DNA of 12,209 bases from contig CAVWCF010000004.1 of the NCBI GenBank assembly GCA_963753435.1, positions 1 through 12,209 of the forward strand. Reading direction: 5' to 3'. The notes under the pieces were generated by a model. That model was not told the origin of the DNA. It searched no databases and was given only the letters and a program-made list of their open reading frames with translations. How positions within the stretch are numbered: the first letter of the stretch is position 1; the number at the start of each line of letters is the position of its first letter. Shown here in pieces: positions 1-7,340 of the stretch. The DNA comes from an uncultured Actinomycetota bacterium. GTDB taxonomy: Bacteria > Actinomycetota > Actinomycetes > CAVWCF01. The position numbers were made by a program, and so were the translations under genes.

Positions 1-6
1 GCGGCC

Positions 7-1332
7 GTGGAGCGCCAAGTGCAGTACGCCGTCAACGGCGACGTGCACATCGCCTACACCGTCGTCGGTGACGGTCCCGTTGACCTCGTCTATGCCCCCG
101 GCATCTGGTCCAACCTGGACGTGATGTGGGAGGACCGCCGCTGGGCGCGCTTCCTGGACCGGCTCGCCTCCTTCTCGCGGCTGATCGTGTTCGACATGCG
201 CGGGGTCGGCCTGTCCGACCGCGGCGCGGAGCCGCCGTACCTGGAGTCGCAGATGGACGACCTCCGGTCGGTGCTCGACGCCGCCGGGAGCGAAAGCGCA
301 GTGGTCTTCGGCGGCGCCCGGGGCGCGGCCATGTCGATGCTGTTCGCCGCCACCTACCCGGAGCGAACCAACGCGCTGGTCCTGTACGCGGCCGCGGCCA
401 AGACCCTCCGCAGCGACGACCACCCCTACGGCAACACCGCCGCGGAGCAACAGCGCTTCGTCGAGCGGTTCACCGCTGAGATGGGGACCGGGTCCAACCT
501 CGACCTGCAGGGCCCCAGCGCGTTGGCGGATCCGGCGTTCGTGCGGTGGTGGGCCCGGTTGGAGCGGCTGGTCGCCACTCCCGGCGCCTACCGGGAGCTG
601 GCCGAAATCATGAGCGGTCTGGACGTGCGATCGGTGTTGCCGTCGATCCAAGCGCCCACGTTGATCCTGCAGCGCACCGGCGACCGGATCATTCCCGCCG
701 ACCAAGCGCACTACCTGGCGTCGGCCATCCCGCAGGCGCGACTGGTGGAACTACCCGGCGATGACCACATCCCGTTCCTCGGCGACGCCGATTCGATCCT
801 CGACGAGATCGAAGAGTTCGTCACCGGCACCCGGCCATCTCCGGGCATCGACCGCGTCCTGTCGACCGTGCTGTTCACCGACATCGTCGGGTCGACCGCG
901 CGTCAGGCGGCGGTGGGCGATGAGGCGTGGCGGCAGTTGGTCGAGGCGCACCACCAACTGGTGCGGGAGTCACTGGATCGGTGGCGCGGGGTTGAGAACG
1001 ACACCGCCGGCGACGGCTTCTACGCCACGTTCGACGGCCCGGCCCGGGCGGTGCGGTGCGCGATGGAGATCGCCGAGCGAGTTCGGGGACTCGGCATCGA
1101 GATCCGCGCCGGCGTGCACACCGGCGAGTGCACGATCATCGACGGCAAGTGCGGCGGGATCGCTGTGACCACCGGCGCGCGGATCAGCGGGCTGGCCGGA
1201 CCGTCGGAGGTGCTGGTGTCGCGGACGGTCAAGGAACTGGTCGCCGGTTCCGGGCTGGTGTTCGAGGACCGGGGCGAGCAGTCACTCAAGGGCGTGCCCC
1301 AGGCCTGGCAGGTCTACGCCGCGTCGACCTGA
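7..1332 (+). CDS. Alpha/beta-hydrolase-fold + class III adenylate/guanylate cyclase fusion (LipJ/Rv1900c-like)
   Basis: The N-terminal hydrolase fold shows HIAY..GDGP.DLV, FDMRGVGLSDR, APTLIL..TGDRII and LPGDDHIP. The C-terminal cyclase shows VLFTDIVGST, TAGDGF, IRAGVHTGE, GARI and LKGVP. The GTG at 7 is at the window edge, so the true start may lie slightly upstream. Confidence 0.92.
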   Translation: MERQVQYAVNGDVHIAYTVVGDGPVDLVYAPGIWSNLDVMWEDRRWARFLDRLASFSRLIVFDMRGVGLSDRGAEPPYLESQMDDLRSVLDAAGSESAVVFGGARGAAMSMLFAATYPERTNALVLYAAAAKTLRSDDHPYGNTAAEQQRFVERFTAEMGTGSNLDLQGPSALADPAFVRWWARLERLVATPGAYRELAEIMSGLDVRSVLPSIQAPTLILQRTGDRIIPADQAHYLASAIPQARLVELPGDDHIPFLGDADSILDEIEEFVTGTRPSPGIDRVLSTVLFTDIVGSTARQAAVGDEAWRQLVEAHHQLVRESLDRWRGVENDTAGDGFYATFDGPARAVRCAMEIAERVRGLGIEIRAGVHTGECTIIDGKCGGIAVTTGARISGLAGPSEVLVSRTVKELVAGSGLVFEDRGEQSLKGVPQAWQVYAAST

Positions 1333-1364
1333 CCAACACGACTGACGGGACACCTAGTGCGCCC

Positions 1365-1370
1365 TAGGTT
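1365..1370 (+). promoter_or_regulatory. Putative -10 element (TAGGTT) of a leaderless transcript for the hemerythrin-like gene
   Basis: TAGGTT lies 7 nt before ATG at 1378 and there is no SD sequence, matching the actinobacterial TANNNT leaderless layout. Confidence 0.6.
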
Positions 1371-1377
1371 GTCGGCC

Positions 1378-2031
1378 ATGACTGAGACGGCACGTCCCGA
1401 CGTAACTGAGATGACGGCAGTGCACCGCGTGTTTCGCAGCGCCTTCGCTTCTGCACCCAGGTTCATCAACTCCGTACCCGACGGCGACGTCGACCGGGCC
1501 CAGCTCGTCGGCGGGTTCTACGGAGACGTGATCGAGTTCCTGCGCGTCCATCACGAGAGCGAGGACGAGCTGCTGTTCCCCAGGCTGCTTGAGCGCGCCG
1601 ACGACGCCGAAACCGTGGCCCGGATCGGCGCCCAGCATCACGACATCGAGACCGCGCTGGCGGCCGCGGCCGACCGGGTAACCGCCTTCCGTAGCACCGG
1701 ATCAGCCGAAGCCGGCGCCGCTCTCGTTGCGGCGGTCGCGGCGCTGGAAGCGGCGGCGCTGCCGCACCTGGACGAAGAGGAACTGTCCGTGTTGCCAGTC
1801 GTTGAGCAGGTGATCACCACCGCGGAGTGGGACGAACTGCCCGGTCACGCGCTGGGCGCGTTCGCCGGCGAGGACCCGTTCCTGATCATCGGGCTGGTGC
1901 GGGAACAGTTCACCGAAGAGCAGAACGCCCGCATGCTGGAGGGCATGCCGCCGCCGGTCGCGGATGCGTGGCGGGCCGTCGGACTGGACTCATACAAGGC
2001 CAAGGTGGCTGCGCTGGTCGGCGGCGCCTGA
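1378..2031 (+). CDS. Hemerythrin/HHE cation-binding domain protein
   Basis: Di-iron ligand pattern MTAVHRVFR ... HHESEDE ... AQHHDI ... PHLDEEE. The start was moved from the ORF-track 1357 to ATG 1378 because of the -10 spacing. Confidence 0.88.
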   Translation: MTETARPDVTEMTAVHRVFRSAFASAPRFINSVPDGDVDRAQLVGGFYGDVIEFLRVHHESEDELLFPRLLERADDAETVARIGAQHHDIETALAAAADRVTAFRSTGSAEAGAALVAAVAALEAAALPHLDEEELSVLPVVEQVITTAEWDELPGHALGAFAGEDPFLIIGLVREQFTEEQNARMLEGMPPPVADAWRAVGLDSYKAKVAALVGGA

Positions 2032-2061
2032 CCCGGCTTCAGCACTAGATGGCGGACCGCT

Positions 2062-3099
2062 TCACGCGAGTTGTTGCACGGCTCGATCGAACAGGGCCGG
2101 GAAGCGGGCGGCCGCGGGCACGATCCGAGGTCCGATGAGGCGGTTGTGGCGCGCCCGGATGAGGCTGAGAGTCAGCCGCCGATAGGTGCGGGTGGCCTCC
2201 TGCCAGCGGGGCTCGTAGTCGCGGAGGTCACCTTTGGCGAGGCAGTCGGCGAGCACCTGTGCCTGGGCGAGACCGACGTTGATGCCTTCACCGGTGAGCG
2301 CGTCGACATACCCGGCGGCATCCCCAACCAGCGCCACGCGACCACTCGTGCGCGCCGCCACCGACTGGCGCAGTGGGCCGGCGCCGAGCGTCGGGCCGTG
2401 CGCAGCCCCGGCCAGCCGGTCGCGCAACTGCGGGAACCGGTCCAGCCGGGTCGCGAAGTCGGCACCGCGGCCGCTGAGGATCGCCACCCCCACGCACTCC
2501 TCCCCCACCGGCGTCACGTAGGCCTCGGCGGCGTCGGCACCCCCCTCGGCACCTCCGCCGGTCCAGTGCACTTCGACCAGATCGGTCCAGGGCGCGACGG
2601 CGAAGTGTTGGCGTTGGCCGAAGCGCGCCGGGCCGGGTGAGGTCGCAGCGATCCCGACCAGGCGGCGCACGGTGGAGTGCAGCCCGTCGGCGCCGACGAC
2701 GTAGCGGCTGTCGATACCGGCGACCGTGACGTGCTGGTCGTGCTGCTCGATCGCTTCGACCCGGTCGGCGACAAACTCCACGTCGAGTGACTCGGCACGG
2801 CGCTGCAACGCGGCGTCGAGTTCGGTTCGGCGCACCCCGCGTCCAGGACCGACACCGAACTCCGCTTCGACGCGGTGGGTGGCGTCCACATACGCGATGC
2901 CCCGGAACGCGTGGCCGCCGACGGCGACGTCCAGGTCCGCCAAGCGGCGCACGGCTGTTGGCATCAGCCCCTCGCCGCAGGCCTTGTCGATGGGGAAGGC
3001 GCGTGGCTCGATCACGGTCACCGACAGGCCGCGTTGGGCACACCCGATGGCCGTCGCCAGTCCAACCGGGCCGGCGCCGACCACCACGACGTCACGCAC
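2062..3099 (-). CDS. FAD-dependent oxidoreductase/hydroxylase (SrsC/AgqC-like)
   Basis: Motifs VVVGAGPVG (Rossmann), DKACGEGLMP, VGADG and LVGDAAGYVDALTGEGI. Third gene of the PKS operon, overlapping the upstream gene by 8 nt. Confidence 0.9.
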   Translation of the reverse strand: MRDVVVVGAGPVGLATAIGCAQRGLSVTVIEPRAFPIDKACGEGLMPTAVRRLADLDVAVGGHAFRGIAYVDATHRVEAEFGVGPGRGVRRTELDAALQRRAESLDVEFVADRVEAIEQHDQHVTVAGIDSRYVVGADGLHSTVRRLVGIAATSPGPARFGQRQHFAVAPWTDLVEVHWTGGGAEGGADAAEAYVTPVGEECVGVAILSGRGADFATRLDRFPQLRDRLAGAAHGPTLGAGPLRQSVAARTSGRVALVGDAAGYVDALTGEGINVGLAQAQVLADCLAKGDLRDYEPRWQEATRTYRRLTLSLIRARHNRLIGPRIVPAAARFPALFDRAVQQLA

Positions 3100-3646
3100 G
3101 CGGCGAACCGTCCCCAGCCGTGTCCGGACCCGGTGTTGCGTCCAGCAACGTCAGCGCCTGATTCTCATCGGCCAACCGGACCGTCAGCACCCAGGCGTTG
3201 AGCACGGTGAACACCAGCGCGGTGATCCAGGCGCTGTGCACCAGCGGCAGCGCGATGCCCTCGGCGACAACGGCCACGTAGTTGGGGTGCCGCAGCCACC
3301 GGTACGGACCGGCGGTGACGCGCGCCAGGCCGGGGACCACGATCACCCGGGTGTTCCACTGCGGCCCGAGGGTGCGAATGCACCACCACCGCAAACCCTG
3401 CGCGGCGATCACGACGGCGAGCATCGGCCAGCCGAGCCAGGGCAGGAACGGCCGGTCGAGCCACGCCACCTCGACGAGGCAGCCGACGAGCAGCCCGATG
3501 TGCAGCACGACCATGTACGGGTAGTGCCGCTGGCCGGTTTCGATGCCGCCGCGCGCCTTGCTCCAGCGGATGTTGCGGGTGGAGACGACGAGTTCGGCGA
3601 GGCGTTCGAACGCCACGAGGACGATGAGGACGACGTAGCCGATCAT
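3092..3646 (-). CDS. Isoprenylcysteine carboxyl methyltransferase family membrane methyltransferase (SrsB/AgqB-like)
   Basis: Motifs ERLAELVVS.RN, HYPYMVVLH, LRWWCIRTLGPQWNTRV, GPYRWLRHPNYVAV and VRLADENQAL. The start was set at ATG 3646 (MIGYVVL), 10 nt after the PKS stop and preceded by GAGGG. Confidence 0.9.
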   Translation of the reverse strand: MIGYVVLIVLVAFERLAELVVSTRNIRWSKARGGIETGQRHYPYMVVLHIGLLVGCLVEVAWLDRPFLPWLGWPMLAVVIAAQGLRWWCIRTLGPQWNTRVIVVPGLARVTAGPYRWLRHPNYVAVVAEGIALPLVHSAWITALVFTVLNAWVLTVRLADENQALTLLDATPGPDTAGDGSPRA

Positions 3647-3656
3647 CAGCGCGCCC

Positions 3657-4724
3657 TCACCAGTCGAGCAGGACGAGCTCGGAGGCGAACCCCGGTCCCA
3701 TCGCCAACAGCATCGCGTCGCGGCCGCCGCCGGGCGGGTCAGCACGCCAGGTGTCGGCCAGGACGTGCAGGACCGACGCCGAGGACAGGTTGCCGATGGC
3801 GCGCAACGACCGCCACGTCACAGCCAGTTCGTCGTCGGTCAGATCCAGCGCCGACTCGACCGCCTGCAGGACCTTCGGGCCGCCGGGGTGGCTGATCCAG
3901 GGGCCGATGTCGGCGGTGGTCAGCTCGTGGCGGGCCAGGAACTCCTGCACATCCGCGCCGAGGTGACGCTCGACGAGTCCGGGCACGTCGGCGTCCAGGA
4001 CGATGCGCAGCCCCCATTCGCCGACGTCCCAGCCCATGGCGCGCTCGCTGTCGGGATACAGCCGGCTCATCGAGTCGCGCACGGTAGGTCCGGTGGCCGA
4101 GTCGTGCAGCGGGTGCGCGGTCCCCACCGCGACCACAGCGGCCGCGCCGTCGCCGAACAACGCGCTGGCGACCAGGTGCGGCACCGCGGTGTGCTCGCGC
4201 TGCGTGGTCAACGAGCACAACTCGACCGAAACGAGGACGCCGACGGCATCGGGGCGGGCACGCAGTTGTTCGTCCAGACGCGCGACACCGGCGGCACCGC
4301 CGGCACACCCCAGGCCGAACAGCGGCACCCGGACGACGTCGCTGCGCATGCCCAGTCGTTGCGCGATGCGCGCTTCTATCGACGGCACGGCGACACCGGT
4401 GACCGAGGTGGACATCACGACGTCGACATCGGTCGCGCCGAGGCCGGCGTCCGTGAGCGCCCGCTGGACTGCCTGCGCACCGAGTTCGGTCGCGGCCTCC
4501 AGGTAGACGTCGTTGGCGGCGGCGAACGTGTCGAGCTTGGCGTAGTGCTCCAGCGGCAGGACCAGGTGCCGGTTCTCGACCAGGGCGGAGGCGTGCAGGC
4601 GGCGGACCAGGGCAGCGCTACCGACGCCACCGTCGAGGCAGACCTCCAGGAACGCCTCGGTGATTTCGGCCTGGCTGTACCGGTGCTCGGGGAGCACCGG
4701 CGCCACCGAGATCAGCCGGGTCAT
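3657..4724 (-). CDS. Type III polyketide synthase (alkylresorcinol/alkylpyrone synthase, SrsA/AgqA/Pks10-like)
   Basis: Intact Cys-His-Asn triad (FGLGCAGG, SHPGGPKVL, GNLSSASVL), plus SVELCSL, ALFGDGAAA and AMGPGF. Confidence 0.95.
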   Translation of the reverse strand: MTRLISVAPVLPEHRYSQAEITEAFLEVCLDGGVGSAALVRRLHASALVENRHLVLPLEHYAKLDTFAAANDVYLEAATELGAQAVQRALTDAGLGATDVDVVMSTSVTGVAVPSIEARIAQRLGMRSDVVRVPLFGLGCAGGAAGVARLDEQLRARPDAVGVLVSVELCSLTTQREHTAVPHLVASALFGDGAAAVVAVGTAHPLHDSATGPTVRDSMSRLYPDSERAMGWDVGEWGLRIVLDADVPGLVERHLGADVQEFLARHELTTADIGPWISHPGGPKVLQAVESALDLTDDELAVTWRSLRAIGNLSSASVLHVLADTWRADPPGGGRDAMLLAMGPGFASELVLLDW

Positions 4725-4730
4725 TGCCTC

Positions 4731-4736
4731 AACTTA
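4731..4736 (-). promoter_or_regulatory. Putative -10 element (TAAGTT) of a leaderless PKS operon transcript
   Basis: The minus strand reads TAAGTT-gaggca-ATG(4724), a 6-nt spacer. Confidence 0.6.
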
Positions 4737-4784
4737 GGCGCGATCGCGGCACCGCGCTGCCCCTGGGGGTACCACCCGCGGCCG

Positions 4785-4790
4785 TACTGT
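4785..4790 (+). promoter_or_regulatory. Putative -10 element (TACTGT) for the ubiA-like transcript
   Basis: TACTGT-gctccg-GTG(4797), divergent from the PKS -10 element. Confidence 0.55.
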
Positions 4791-4796
4791 GCTCCG

Positions 4797-4820
4797 GTGA
4801 TCGGCGCGGCGACGAAATGA
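4797..4820 (+). other. Candidate leaderless 7-codon uORF (M/V-I-G-A-A-T-K) whose stop overlaps the ubiA ATG
   Basis: GTG ATC GGC GCG GCG ACG AAA TGA, with an ATGA overlap at 4817-4820. Confidence 0.4.
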
Positions 4821-5650
4821 GCACCTTCGGCCGCTACGTCGCGGCATCTCACCCGCTGCCCACGCTGGCGGTTACCGCCTTCACGGTTGCCCTTGCGGTC
4901 ACCGTCGATCTGCCCCCGACCACGGTTGCGGTGATCGGCGTGGCGACGTTGGCCGGGCAGTTGTCGATCGGCTGGTCCAACGACCTGATCGACGCCGAAC
5001 GGGATGCCCGCGCCGGCCGTGCCGACAAGCCGTTGGCCGACGGCCGGGGGCATACCGGCATCAAAGTGGCGACCGCGACGGCGCTGCTGGTTTGCGTCGT
5101 GCTCTCCCTCACCGTGGGCGCGCTTGCGGCTGCGAGCCACCTGGCCGTTGTTGCCGGCGGCTGGCTCTACAACGCCGGAATCAAGGCGACGCTTTGGTCG
5201 TGGGCGCCGTACGCGGTCGCGTTCGGCCTGCTGCCCACCTGGGTGTTCGCCGCGCAGGCGGGCGCGCCATGGGCGCCGGTGTGGATGGGGGTGGCGGCCG
5301 CCACGCTCGGGGTCAGTGCGCACCTGGTGAATGCGGCTCCCGACATCGGCGCCGACCGGGGCGCGGGGATCAACGGGCTGCCACAGCGGTTGGGGGCCTC
5401 GGCCAGCGTCACCGCCGCACTGGCGCTGCTGCTGATCGGCGCGGTCGTCGGCCTTGTCGGCCCCGACGATGAACCGACCGCCTGGCAGTGGATCGGGTTG
5501 GCGCTAGTCGGCGCGCTCGGCGCGGCCGCTGCCGCCGCGGTCCGGTCGGCCGACCGCAACGGGCAGGGGCTGCCGCGGTGGACGTTCGCGGTGATGCTGG
5601 TGCTGGTTGCGCTCGTGGTCGCCTTGATCCTGTCGGCCGCGTCGATCTGA
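4817..5650 (+). CDS. UbiA-family prenyltransferase (AgqD-like)
   Basis: N-terminal ASHPLPT, Asp-rich motif GWSNDLIDAERD, RADKPL, second motif HLVNAAPDIGAD, and multiple hydrophobic helices. The start was set at ATG 4817. Confidence 0.9.
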   Translation: MSTFGRYVAASHPLPTLAVTAFTVALAVTVDLPPTTVAVIGVATLAGQLSIGWSNDLIDAERDARAGRADKPLADGRGHTGIKVATATALLVCVVLSLTVGALAAASHLAVVAGGWLYNAGIKATLWSWAPYAVAFGLLPTWVFAAQAGAPWAPVWMGVAAATLGVSAHLVNAAPDIGADRGAGINGLPQRLGASASVTAALALLLIGAVVGLVGPDDEPTAWQWIGLALVGALGAAAAAAVRSADRNGQGLPRWTFAVMLVLVALVVALILSAASI

Positions 5651-5728
5651 TCGGCGTCCGGCCAGCGGCAGCCGCTACGACCTAGCCGCGAGTTGCGCCG
5701 CCGCGTGCGACCGGATCGAGGTGAAAGG

Positions 5729-6151
5729 TCACGGCTCAAGCACCGACCCGGACAACTCAGCCAGCACCCCGTCGCGCACACGCGCCCCCAGGGTGTGCTC
5801 CTCGTCCCAAGGCACGTTGTAGCCGAACTCAAGTGTCAGCTGGCCGTCGAAGCTGATCACCGCGACGTAACTCGGGGCGATCGCGGCCTCGCCGGTAGTT
5901 GCTTCCTCATACGCGCTTCGGTGCTCGGCCAACTCGGCCTCGATCGCATCTCGGCACCGGTGGAACTGGTCGGCGGCCGTTCGCGCCAACTGCAGGGCGT
6001 CGGCGTCCGGTCCCGAGCGGCCTCCGGGAACGGCAACCGGGAGTTCGCCGAACGGCTGGATGTCGCTGTTGCCGCGCCACCAACCGCGACGACGCTGCAT
6101 AGCCCCGAGCACGGGGTCGGTGAACGCGTCGCGTTGCCCGCTTCCGAACAT
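5729..6151 (-). CDS. Hypothetical protein with C-terminal W-D-E-E-H-x-L-G motif (DUF6985/DUF2004-like, from recall)
   Basis: GGGAG SD precedes ATG 6151 (MFGSGQRDAFTDPVLG). The C-terminus is FGYNVPWDEEHTLGARVRDG. It begins 40 nt after the RES gene stop, on the same strand. Confidence 0.65.
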   Translation of the reverse strand: MFGSGQRDAFTDPVLGAMQRRRGWWRGNSDIQPFGELPVAVPGGRSGPDADALQLARTAADQFHRCRDAIEAELAEHRSAYEEATTGEAAIAPSYVAVISFDGQLTLEFGYNVPWDEEHTLGARVRDGVLAELSGSVLEP

Positions 6152-6191
6152 GCCGCTCCCTTCGCCCTGCCCACGCAGAGGTTCGGCCAGG

Positions 6192-6890
6192 TCACTTTCG
6201 GCTCCTCGTGATCGTAGGTTCCCCCGGGCCGGACCAGGCCAATTCATAGGTGTCCGCCGCGCGAACGTGGCCGACGAGGGCCGGCCGGAACACGGCTACG
6301 CACCGACCGCCCCGATGCCGCACCGACGGATACACGACGCCGGCACCGCCCTCGGCGAGCAGGCGCTCGGCCAACTCCTGACCGGCCAGGTACGAGTCGG
6401 GGTCCAGGCAGGCCCGGGAGCGCTGGTCCCGGCCGCGGAGGTCGGCGAAACCCGTGCCGTGGACGTCGGCCAGGTAGTCCCGGTAGTCGACGACGTCGTC
6501 CCACCAGTCGCATTCGGCCAGGTGCGCGGCACGGTGATAGGCGACTTCGGCCAGTGATGTTTCGACATCGACCGCCGCATACCAGGCGCCGCGGCGGCGG
6601 CCGTGGAAACGAGCCCCGGCCGGTCCCGGGTACGTGAACGCGGCGTTGACGATGTGCGAGTACGGCAAGTCGAAGAGCAGTTCGTGCGGTCCGATGCCGC
6701 CGGGTCGCGTGCCCGCCTGCGCGGCCAGTCGGGCGTTCGTCGCCGCGCCCAGTTCCAGGAGAGCGACCGTGTCTGCGTCACCGTCGGCCAGGTCGGCGAC
6801 GAACGGTGCGACCGAAGCGCCGTAGGTCGCCAGGATCAGGCGGTGGGTGTCATCCCAGCGGATGCCGGTCAGCGGCGGCCAGGCCGTCAC
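6192..6890 (-). CDS. RES-domain toxin (putative NAD+ phosphorylase/glycohydrolase or ADP-ribosyltransferase)
   Basis: Motifs THRLI (R), ARF...RGAWYAA, TSLAEVAYH (E), SYLAGQ (Y) and GVVYPSVRH.GG.CVAVFRP (S). The GTG start overlaps the antitoxin stop (GTGA, 6887-6890). Confidence 0.9.
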   Translation of the reverse strand: MTAWPPLTGIRWDDTHRLILATYGASVAPFVADLADGDADTVALLELGAATNARLAAQAGTRPGGIGPHELLFDLPYSHIVNAAFTYPGPAGARFHGRRRGAWYAAVDVETSLAEVAYHRAAHLAECDWWDDVVDYRDYLADVHGTGFADLRGRDQRSRACLDPDSYLAGQELAERLLAEGGAGVVYPSVRHRGGRCVAVFRPALVGHVRAADTYELAWSGPGEPTITRSRK

Positions 6891-7327
6891 AGCCCGCCGC
6901 GTCGGGCGTCGAGCAGTGCGCGGACCTCGACCATGGCCGGGATGCCGCCGCGGATCATCACCGCCAGTGGCGGTTCGCCGTCGAATAGTGGGTTGGTGTT
7001 GGGGCGGGTGACCCACTCCGTGGCCAACCGGCCGCGGTGCAGCACCCGCAACGCGGTGTAGATGCCCACCAGCAGCGAGGCGCGGGTCAGCCGGTCGACG
7101 CCCAGGTCGGCCGGGGCGTGGGTTCGCCACGCGTGCCAGGTGCTCGGCGACAACCCGCCCAGGAGGGCGCACGCCTGCTCGACTGTCAGCCCCCAGGCGT
7201 CGGCGAGTCTGCGCATGCCCCGGACCGCCGCCGGGGTCAGCCGGGCGCGCACCTGCGGGTCGTTGAGATCGACCCAGGCGGGGGTCTCGTACCGGCTCGA
7301 GGGCAGGGGCGGCGCCATCGAGGTCAT
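6887..7327 (-). CDS. Xre/MbcA/ParS-type antitoxin
   Basis: HTH-like N-terminal half (WGLTVEQACALLGGLSPSTWHAW) and toxin-binding C-terminus (EWVTRPNTNPLFDGEPPL..MIRGG...VRALLDARRG). It has a GGAGG SD and lies directly upstream of the RES gene. Confidence 0.92.
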   Translation of the reverse strand: MTSMAPPLPSSRYETPAWVDLNDPQVRARLTPAAVRGMRRLADAWGLTVEQACALLGGLSPSTWHAWRTHAPADLGVDRLTRASLLVGIYTALRVLHRGRLATEWVTRPNTNPLFDGEPPLAVMIRGGIPAMVEVRALLDARRGGL

Positions 7328-7340
7328 CGCGTCCTCCAGA

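Noticed and set aside
4737-4784. Palindromes (GCGATCGC, GGTACC core) between the divergent PKS and ubiA promoters, as operators
   Set aside because: They are too short or imperfect to exceed chance at this GC content, and no regulator gene is adjacent.
4724-4816. Upstream extension of the UbiA ORF
   Set aside because: It spans the divergent promoter region, and family-like sequence begins only at MSTF..ASHP.
2071-4820. Long plus-strand ORFs (2071-2640, 2726-3895, 3765-4820) antisense to the PKS operon
   Set aside because: They are shadow ORFs typical of high-GC DNA, have no recognisable motifs and lie opposite well-supported genes. Only the last 8 codons of 3765-4820 are kept, as a possible uORF.
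5651-5728. GC-rich short palindromes between the converging ubiA and WDEEH genes, as a terminator or ncRNA
   Set aside because: The stems are short (e.g. AGCGGC-A-GCCGCT), there is no U-tract and no recognisable RNA family.
6891-7172. 94-aa N-terminal extension of the RES ORF in the ORF track
   Set aside because: It lies inside the antitoxin gene and is Arg/Pro-rich. The GTGA overlap at 6887-6890 is the more plausible start.
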